This document shows positions 46,785 to 53,457 of a stretch of DNA of 53,457 nt, piece by piece. The stretch comes from a virus (lineage: Duplodnaviria > Caudoviricetes): positions 1 through 53,457 of IMG/VR virus record IMGVR_UViG_3300040770_000286. The stretch is one strand, 5' to 3'. The translations under genes and the position numbers were made by a program. Every line of letters begins with the position of its first letter. Within the stretch, counting starts at the first letter, position 1. The notes beneath the pieces are model-generated. The model made no database searches. It worked only from the letters and a program-made list of their open reading frames with translations, and had not been told where the DNA came from.

Positions 46785-47186
46785 ATGCCTTTTGTAACAA
46801 AAATAGATATTTCTAACAACAGACAAGTAAGACAGAACGGAAACATTACAACTTCTGGTAACACTTATTTGGAAACTCAGACAATTTTAGCTGAAGATAA
46901 TAATATTGAACTGAACTATAATGGTACAGTAGCAACAGCAATTGGTGGTGGGGTCGTTGTATTACAAGCAATTAATGAAACAACACCAGCCGAATTATTA
47001 ACTGATGAAAAGGGTGATTGGGTCACTAACAACGATTTCAAACCAACTAAACTGACAATACCTTATTACACACCAACGTCAAGTGATGACATTAAAGGTA
47101 GTGTTGGTAACATAACCAGAAATGACGATTACTTATACGTAAAAACAAACACTGGATGGAAAAGAAGTAATTTAACAAATTTTTAA
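46785..47186 (+). CDS. Small tail-fibre-like protein
   Basis: EDNNIELNY and PTSSDD.KG.VG.ITRNDDYLYVKTNTGWKR, a fibre-tip-like motif. Confidence 0.6.
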   Translation: MPFVTKIDISNNRQVRQNGNITTSGNTYLETQTILAEDNNIELNYNGTVATAIGGGVVVLQAINETTPAELLTDEKGDWVTNNDFKPTKLTIPYYTPTSSDDIKGSVGNITRNDDYLYVKTNTGWKRSNLTNF

Positions 47187-48862
47187 TGGGAAATATAAAA
47201 AATTTTAATTTTAGTAAAACATCACTGAAAATCACTAATAATGGTTTTATGGATTTTTATTTAGCTAATGACGATAACAGTAGTGTTGGTTGTGATAAAC
47301 TAACCACTGGTGATTGCAGTGTAGTATGGTATGATTTTAATAACCAGTCTATATTTCCAAATAATAACCCACAATCATCAACAATTTATAGTTTAACTAA
47401 CTGGAATGGTGCAACTAATGAAGGTTATCTACTTGATACCGTTGGCCTTACAGGTATCGATAATGGGTTAATTTCATATACTAAAGATATTTCTGACACA
47501 AATAATGTGGCCTTATTAAATGCTTTAACTGGTTCAACACTAAACATACCTAGAAACGACACTAGATTACATTTAAGTAGTGTTAGTGGTATGACTGGTA
47601 ACTTTACCTACCCAATAGAATATGTTAGCGATACAACGCCTCTAGGTGGTCACGTTAAACTAACTGGTGGTTTCTACCAAGGATACTATAAACTTGATGG
47701 CATTTCATATGAAGTGTTGCCAGTTAGGGTTAACCAATCTTGGTCAGTTGAGTTTTGGTTAAATCCAAGTAGCTTAATAAACACAAGTAATACAACATTA
47801 AATGTTGCTTACCCAAATAATAAAGGAATATTCTTTTATATGGGTACACGTGCCGAGAATAAATTTTGGAATACATTTGAAGGTCTTGGTAATACCACAC
47901 CTAACGAAACTGATGTAGTATTATTAGACGATACTAATAATGTTGGTATACCGTTAAATCCACCGTTGATAAATGTTGAGTTGGTGACTAACCAATTCCT
48001 AATATATGGTAGAGCAGATAAGAATAAAAGAAAGTGTGGAACTTGTGGTGGTAACCATGATGGATTAGGTACACAGACCGTTTGTTCATACACTGGTGGC
48101 GGTATTAATGTTGTTACACATAGTCAAGTTAAAACTAATTTTACAAATCCATTCCTTGTTTACGGTAGAGCTAGTAAACATGGTCGAAAATGTGGGTGTG
48201 GTGGTAACCATGATGGATTAGGTAACGAAACAGCTTGTTCATTCAGTGGTTTTACACAAGACCAAAAACAACTAGATTACAAATTAGACATTATAGATAA
48301 CGCTCTAGCTTTCAGAATAAAAGATGATGGAAGTATTGGTTATAGACTTCTAACGGTTACTGGTCAATGTATTAATGACGTGTATGTTAGTGGGACTACA
48401 ATCAAAGAAGAATATTCTATAGCTGGAGTTGTCTCGCCAGATGAATGGTCATATCTTGTAGTTAAGTTCACAACGAACTATATGGATGATTGTGACATTA
48501 AATCAGCTAAACCTAGAAAGGGTAAATTATTATTTTATGTTAATAGTAGACTCAAATTTGTTGTAAATGATTTTGATGAGGTAGTGGCCAAAAGGTTAAA
48601 CGATAATAGGTTGAAACAGGTAGGTGTTCCGTTCAATATAAGTATTGGTGGTGGGACACAGGGACTACTTGAAACTCAGACTTTTGATGGTGCTGACCCA
48701 AGCGATATTGGGTTACCTTTAGAGGTTAATTTTGCTGGCTCATTCATTGGGTCGATATCAGAGTTCAAATTTAATATATGTAATTTATCTTTTTGTAATA
48801 TAGTAGATAATTATAAACAAGCCTTACCAAAATATATAAATAGTTTTAACAAAATAACATAA
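47186..48862 (+). CDS. Virion protein with a LamG/concanavalin-like fold and a duplicated Cys/His module
   Basis: WSVEFWL, W.YLVV, LLFYVNS, ISIGGG and FIGSISEFK motifs, plus two YGRA...CG.CGGNHDGLG..T.CS repeats. Confidence 0.65.
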   Translation: MGNIKNFNFSKTSLKITNNGFMDFYLANDDNSSVGCDKLTTGDCSVVWYDFNNQSIFPNNNPQSSTIYSLTNWNGATNEGYLLDTVGLTGIDNGLISYTKDISDTNNVALLNALTGSTLNIPRNDTRLHLSSVSGMTGNFTYPIEYVSDTTPLGGHVKLTGGFYQGYYKLDGISYEVLPVRVNQSWSVEFWLNPSSLINTSNTTLNVAYPNNKGIFFYMGTRAENKFWNTFEGLGNTTPNETDVVLLDDTNNVGIPLNPPLINVELVTNQFLIYGRADKNKRKCGTCGGNHDGLGTQTVCSYTGGGINVVTHSQVKTNFTNPFLVYGRASKHGRKCGCGGNHDGLGNETACSFSGFTQDQKQLDYKLDIIDNALAFRIKDDGSIGYRLLTVTGQCINDVYVSGTTIKEEYSIAGVVSPDEWSYLVVKFTTNYMDDCDIKSAKPRKGKLLFYVNSRLKFVVNDFDEVVAKRLNDNRLKQVGVPFNISIGGGTQGLLETQTFDGADPSDIGLPLEVNFAGSFIGSISEFKFNICNLSFCNIVDNYKQALPKYINSFNKIT

Positions 48863-48883
48863 AAAAATAAATAATAAAAAAAA

Positions 48884-49156
48884 ATGAAAGGAAGCCCTAG
48901 AGTATACACCTTCGAAACCGATTTATCAAGTGGCGATAAAAAAGCTAAAAGAGAATTTTTACCTACATCAGTAGGCGTTACAGCTAATGTTCCAAAAAGT
49001 GGTGGTGGTTCAGCACCAGTAATTGTTAGACCTACACCACCTACACCACCTACACCACCTACACCACCACCTACCCCAGTAGTTACTAACGCTTTACTAA
49101 CTGAAGACAATTTTATACTATTACTTGAGGATGGTGACGTATTAGACTGGATTTAA
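48884..49156 (+). CDS. Small protein with a Pro/Thr linker and LLTED..LLLEDG tail
   Basis: CCTACACCA x4 (49031-49066) encodes PTP repeats. Confidence 0.6.
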   Translation: MKGSPRVYTFETDLSSGDKKAKREFLPTSVGVTANVPKSGGGSAPVIVRPTPPTPPTPPTPPPTPVVTNALLTEDNFILLLEDGDVLDWI

Positions 49157-49210
49157 TATAAAATATTATTGTTTTATCTATTTGTTTCATATTTATATTA
49201 AAACAAATAG

Positions 49211-51529
49211 ATGAACAATAATTTAATTTTAAGAGCCACTAACAGCCCTTATTCAGACATAAACAAAGGTAGCGTTTTAACACATAACGATGTTGATGCT
49301 AACTTTATTTATTTAAAAGGTGAATCTATTTATTCAGCTAACACAACAACAGACTTCCTAATATTAAATAAATATAATGGTAATGATATTACAATACCAT
49401 TAACTAATGTAAATATTACTGGTGGTACTTACAATATAAATACTGGTAACGTTACGTTCACAAACAGTTCTGGTGGTACTTTCAGCGTAGGTGGTTTTAC
49501 CTCTGGCATGACAGATACTGATAGGTATGTTAATAGTGGGACCTATTCGAATGGTACAGCTACTTTTAATAACAATTCTGGTGGGACTTTTAGCGTTAAT
49601 GGATTTTATACTGGCGCAACTGATACAATATATACTGGTATTAGCACCCCAAATAAATTAATACTTAAAAAATTAAACGGTGCTGAAATCACAATACCGT
49701 TAATTATAGATACCTTAGTTATCTTTAGTGGAACATATCAAACATTAACAACAATGGTTGATAATAAGTCATTAGTTGTTGGTACTAAATATATTCTTAC
49801 AGATTACAAAACAAAGTACCAAATAAATAGTTCTAATAGCTCACCAATAAACAAAAAATACCCAATTATTGGTAACGCAAGCCAATATTCACAATTTGAT
49901 GAGGTTGATTCAACGATAGCTGTTAATGGTGACACTGCTTATGTTGAATACGCACCAGTTGGTTCTAGTGTCACTAGTGGTCAAGCAATATCTATTGTCG
50001 AGTACTATAATGGTAGTTATATTAGATTTTCACCTCAAATTACTGGTCCTAGTAATATTGGTGTTATAATTAGATTCGAAAGAAGAAGATTTTCAAATAT
50101 TTATTCAGACATAATAATTAACGATGATAACGGTAAACCAATTATGCAACCGTTAGGTGTTATAAACACTGATGTTCATGATGGAACGCCATACATGGGT
50201 ATGACTGGTATAGAAAATACTGCGCCAAAAAATGAAGTAATAGTTTTAACAGCAATTGATGTTGATAAATTCTCTTCAGATGCTGAAAGCCTTACATATA
50301 TTGGTGATAAATTAGCGTATGATTTCAATGACAATAAAATAGTTGATGAAAATGGAACGTTTATTACTAGTAGAAATGGGTTTGTTTTAAGAAGGATTAA
50401 TCTTAGAAATACAATTAATATTAATCAAGATTGGCGAGAGCAAAAATTTAGAAGATTTGCATTAAATGATGTGCTTTGGAATAACTTTTTATTGCGTAAA
50501 AATGCAATAACAAATACTAATTCAGCAACATCTGGGTCAACAATTTATTCAATCGATGGAATCAATTACTGTACAAACACAAGTAACGCAACACTTGAAC
50601 ATAGATTTATTTTAAGTGAACCAATAAAATTAAATGCGTACCAAGACTTTGCTAAAACAACGGCTAACCCATTTATTAGCGGCACTACATCCGCACCAAG
50701 TCTTGTATCATCTGAAAGGTTTAACGCTTATGATAGAACCGATTACAGTACTGATATAATATTAGAGCTAAACATTTCTGGAACACAAATAAGAGATTTT
50801 ACTATTTTACCATTAGTAGACAATGAACCAACTGATTTAGTTACTAAAGTTATTGTTAGAGATTTACAGAACACAGTTTTTTTAGTAAATAGTCAAAGGT
50901 ATGGTGATTCAAGAAATATAAGTATTTCATCTGAAAATGGTAATATAATAAATTCATCATTTATGTCTGGGGCAAATATTGATAATCGCTCATATATTGA
51001 TAATATGGCTAGTTTGGATTCAGTTAACTTAACAAATTCTAATTACATTACTAATATTAATACTTTAGGCCCTCTGAGTATGGATAATAATGGTGAACTT
51101 GAACAATTAACTTTTGGTTTTGGTTACATTGGTGCAAGTCAAAATGAATATACATCTTATAATTTTTCAGATTCATGTCATGTAATAAACTCAGTTTTTG
51201 GGACTCTTAGATTTGATAATCTATTTTTTAATAATTTTAAAGCAAACTCTGTTTTATTTATAAATGTTAATGGTGAAGTTAGCTCTTTTTCGGGTAACTT
51301 ATACCTAACATTATATAAAAATAAATATACTATTGCTGGATGTAACACACATTTAAATACTTTCAGCAGTCAAAAACTAAATAAAGGAGCGTATGGGTAT
51401 GTTTATGAAATAAACCAAGATATCTATGATATAGATTTACATAATAATACAAAGAATAAAAATTTGGTTTATCAAGAAATAGATGAAAATAACCTAACAA
51501 GTATAAAAACAATCGCAATAGCAAAATAA
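49211..51529 (+). CDS. Tail fibre / receptor-binding protein
   Basis: N-terminal KGSVLTHNDVDANF anchor-type motif, TGGTY..G..TF.N.SGGTFSV.GF repeats, L..G.KYILTDY and an Asn-rich beta-helix-like C-terminus. Confidence 0.7.
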   Translation: MNNNLILRATNSPYSDINKGSVLTHNDVDANFIYLKGESIYSANTTTDFLILNKYNGNDITIPLTNVNITGGTYNINTGNVTFTNSSGGTFSVGGFTSGMTDTDRYVNSGTYSNGTATFNNNSGGTFSVNGFYTGATDTIYTGISTPNKLILKKLNGAEITIPLIIDTLVIFSGTYQTLTTMVDNKSLVVGTKYILTDYKTKYQINSSNSSPINKKYPIIGNASQYSQFDEVDSTIAVNGDTAYVEYAPVGSSVTSGQAISIVEYYNGSYIRFSPQITGPSNIGVIIRFERRRFSNIYSDIIINDDNGKPIMQPLGVINTDVHDGTPYMGMTGIENTAPKNEVIVLTAIDVDKFSSDAESLTYIGDKLAYDFNDNKIVDENGTFITSRNGFVLRRINLRNTININQDWREQKFRRFALNDVLWNNFLLRKNAITNTNSATSGSTIYSIDGINYCTNTSNATLEHRFILSEPIKLNAYQDFAKTTANPFISGTTSAPSLVSSERFNAYDRTDYSTDIILELNISGTQIRDFTILPLVDNEPTDLVTKVIVRDLQNTVFLVNSQRYGDSRNISISSENGNIINSSFMSGANIDNRSYIDNMASLDSVNLTNSNYITNINTLGPLSMDNNGELEQLTFGFGYIGASQNEYTSYNFSDSCHVINSVFGTLRFDNLFFNNFKANSVLFINVNGEVSSFSGNLYLTLYKNKYTIAGCNTHLNTFSSQKLNKGAYGYVYEINQDIYDIDLHNNTKNKNLVYQEIDENNLTSIKTIAIAK

Positions 51530-51531
51530 TT

Positions 51532-53457
51532 ATGGCAATTAAACAACAAGGAAATAACACTTTTATTGGGTTACAAAACGAGTTACCATTAACGGGAATC
51601 AATGGTACCTTTTTCTTTACTGAAGATTTAGGTAATTATTATGGTTTTGGTGTGAATAATCAAAGAATACAGATTGGTAGTAAATTAACTGGTGGAACTT
51701 TTTCAAATGGGTCCATTAATTTTATAAGTAATTCTGGCAGTATATTTAGTGTAACTGGTTTAACCGAATCACCAATAACACTAGAACTCAGTACATCATT
51801 ATTTTCAAAAGGTATTAATGCTGGTCAAGGTGCAACAGGTGCAACTAGGTCAAATTTCTTTGGTTTGCAAGCTGGGTATTCTGCAACAAATGCTAGTGAA
51901 TCAAATTTCATTGGTGTGAGTGCTGGGCAAGAAGCAACAAACGCATCTAGTTCAAATTTCTTTGGTTATCAAGCTGGTAATAGTGCAACAAATGCATCTC
52001 AATCAAATTTCATGGGTCAGCAAGCTGGCTTTAACGCAACAGATGCTTCTAACTCAAATTTCATTGGTTTTAATGCTGGGTTAGCAGCAACAAGTGCTCA
52101 ATTCTCAAATTTCATTGGTCAAGGTGCTGGTTATGGAGCAACTGATGCTCAAAATTCAAATTTCTTTGGGGCGAATGCTGGTTATGGAGCAACAAATGCT
52201 AATAACTCAAATTTCATGGGTCAGTATGCTGGTTATGTAGCAACTAATGCATATAGTTCAAATTTCTTTGGTTTGCAAGCTGGGTATTCAGCAACAGATG
52301 CTTTTAACTCAAATTTCATTGGAGCTCAAGCTGGTGAAGAAGCAACAAGCGCATCTCAATCAAATTTCTTGGGTCAGCAAGCTGGTTATCAAGCAACAAA
52401 TGCATATAGTTCAAACTTTATTGGTTATTTTGCTGGTTATAGCGCAATAAATGCTAATCAATCAAATTTCATTGGTCCACAAGCTGGGTTTCAAGCATCT
52501 AATGCTTCTGGTGCAAATTTATTTGGCCAGAGTGCTGGTTATCAAGCAACAAATGCTTATTATTCAAATTTCTTGGGTTTTCAAGCTGGACAAAAAGCTA
52601 CAAATGCTAATAACTCAAATTTCTTTGGTACTCAAGCTGGTTCTGGTGCTACAGGTGCTAATCAATCAAATTTCTTGGGTCAGCAAGCTGGGTTTGGAGC
52701 AACAAATGGTTTTGGCTCAAACTACTTTGGTCAGCAAGCTGGTGCTGGTGCAACAAACACTAGTAATTCAAATTTCTTTGGTAATCAAGCTGGTAGAAGT
52801 ATTAGTAATATTAGTAATGCGTTTAACTCAAACTTCTTTGGTCAGAATGCTGGTTATAACGCAACTGGTGCATCTAATTCAAATTTCTTTGGTTATCAAT
52901 CTGGTCAAGTAGCAACAGGTGCAACTAACTCAAATTTCTTTGGTCAGCAAGCTGGTTATCAAGCAACAAGTGCTTTTGCCTCAACTTTTATTGGTCAGAA
53001 TGCTGGTTATGGAGCAACTAATGCTAATAACTCAACTTTTATTGGTCAGAATGCTGGTAGTAACGCAACTGGTGCATCTCAATCAACGTTAATTGGTTTT
53101 AGGGCTGGTATTGCGGAAGTTCTTGGTAGTATTGGTTCAAATAATATTATTATCGGAACGAACATATCTTTATCAAGTGGTACGATTAACACTATTAATT
53201 TAGGTGGTGTTTTATTTGGTAAAAATACATATGCAACAACGGGTGGGACACCAAGTATATCTGGACAAACAACAGGTAGAATAGGTATTAATTTACCTTT
53301 ACCAACAGAAGCATTAGACGTATTTGGTAATACAAAAATAAGTGGTAGTTTAACAGCAACAACAATTTCTGCAACAACCTACCAAAATTTACCACTAAGG
53401 ACTGTAACTGGTGGAACCTATTCAAATGGTACAGCTATATTTACTAATAATACTGGT
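51532..53457 (+). CDS. Tail fibre/adhesin with a 17-aa beta-solenoid repeat (3'-truncated by window edge, not in ORF track)
   Basis: Open frame from ATG 51532 (MAIKQQGNNTF...) to the window end, with SNFFGQQAGYxATNAxN-type repeats and then GRIGINL..PTEALDVFGN. Confidence 0.85.
   Translation, partial: MAIKQQGNNTFIGLQNELPLTGINGTFFFTEDLGNYYGFGVNNQRIQIGSKLTGGTFSNGSINFISNSGSIFSVTGLTESPITLELSTSLFSKGINAGQGATGATRSNFFGLQAGYSATNASESNFIGVSAGQEATNASSSNFFGYQAGNSATNASQSNFMGQQAGFNATDASNSNFIGFNAGLAATSAQFSNFIGQGAGYGATDAQNSNFFGANAGYGATNANNSNFMGQYAGYVATNAYSSNFFGLQAGYSATDAFNSNFIGAQAGEEATSASQSNFLGQQAGYQATNAYSSNFIGYFAGYSAINANQSNFIGPQAGFQASNASGANLFGQSAGYQATNAYYSNFLGFQAGQKATNANNSNFFGTQAGSGATGANQSNFLGQQAGFGATNGFGSNYFGQQAGAGATNTSNSNFFGNQAGRSISNISNAFNSNFFGQNAGYNATGASNSNFFGYQSGQVATGATNSNFFGQQAGYQATSAFASTFIGQNAGYGATNANNSTFIGQNAGSNATGASQSTLIGFRAGIAEVLGSIGSNNIIIGTNISLSSGTINTINLGGVLFGKNTYATTGGTPSISGQTTGRIGINLPLPTEALDVFGNTKISGSLTATTISATTYQNLPLRTVTGGTYSNGTAIFTNNTG
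51850..53110 (+). repeat. Coding tandem repeat with a 51-bp period, about 25 units
   Basis: TCAAATTTC-type unit starts at 51850, 51901, 51952 ... 52768, then one 60-bp unit, then 52828 ... 53083. Confidence 0.9.

Noticed and set aside
49031-49066. Phase-variable simple sequence repeat
   Set aside because: The 9-bp unit preserves frame and only changes the length of a Pro/Thr linker.
681-51602. Many short antisense or overlapping ORFs (for example 4997-5509, 15306-15662, 48811-49110)
   Set aside because: They lie opposite or within well-supported genes, and have no recognisable motifs or expression signals.
52247-52912. ORFs 52247-52450 and 52451-52912 in the track
   Set aside because: They are out-of-frame shadows of the repeat region of the long ORF starting at 51532.
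51850-53110. CRISPR array
   Set aside because: The period is a multiple of 3 inside an open frame, units are degenerate at codon third positions, there are no unique spacers, and no cas genes are present.
1-53457. tRNA, rRNA, integrase or transposase genes
   Set aside because: None recognised by eye, and intergenic gaps are short and explained by promoters and terminators. A tRNAscan-SE run would be needed to exclude tRNAs formally.

Overview
A 53 kb AT-rich segment of a large T4-like (gp17/gp20/gp21/gp23-type) tailed phage genome. The host is probably a Bacteroidota species, inferred from TAnnTTTG promoters and A-rich translation starts lacking Shine-Dalgarno sites. In order the window holds: the 3' part of thyA split by a group I intron (205-1228) carrying an I-TevI-like GIY-YIG homing endonuclease; acidic head-associated proteins; a head module (ATPase-only terminase paralog, full terminase, portal, prohead protease, scaffold, major capsid protein); accessory genes (two ADP-ribosyltransferase-like proteins, a secreted nuclease, a CAP protein); baseplate genes; a gp55-like sigma factor; a large glycosyltransferase/GDP-sugar cluster; PhoH, GMP reductase/IMPDH and dUTPase; and tail fibre/adhesin genes running off the right end. 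The main novelty candidates are four. (1) Two truncated mimics of core structural proteins: a Walker-B-altered terminase ATPase domain kept locally identical to the real terminase, and a 127-aa mini major-capsid protein, both apparently outside the late-promoter class and possibly immune decoys. (2) A glycosyltransferase gene broken by an 8-nt TGATAAGA gap right after a GC-rich hairpin, a candidate ribosomal bypass. (3) A -1 frameshift site with a 3' hairpin in a head-protein gene. (4) An unannotated three-way-junction RNA in a 5' UTR. All calls are from motif recognition by eye; no database searches were run.
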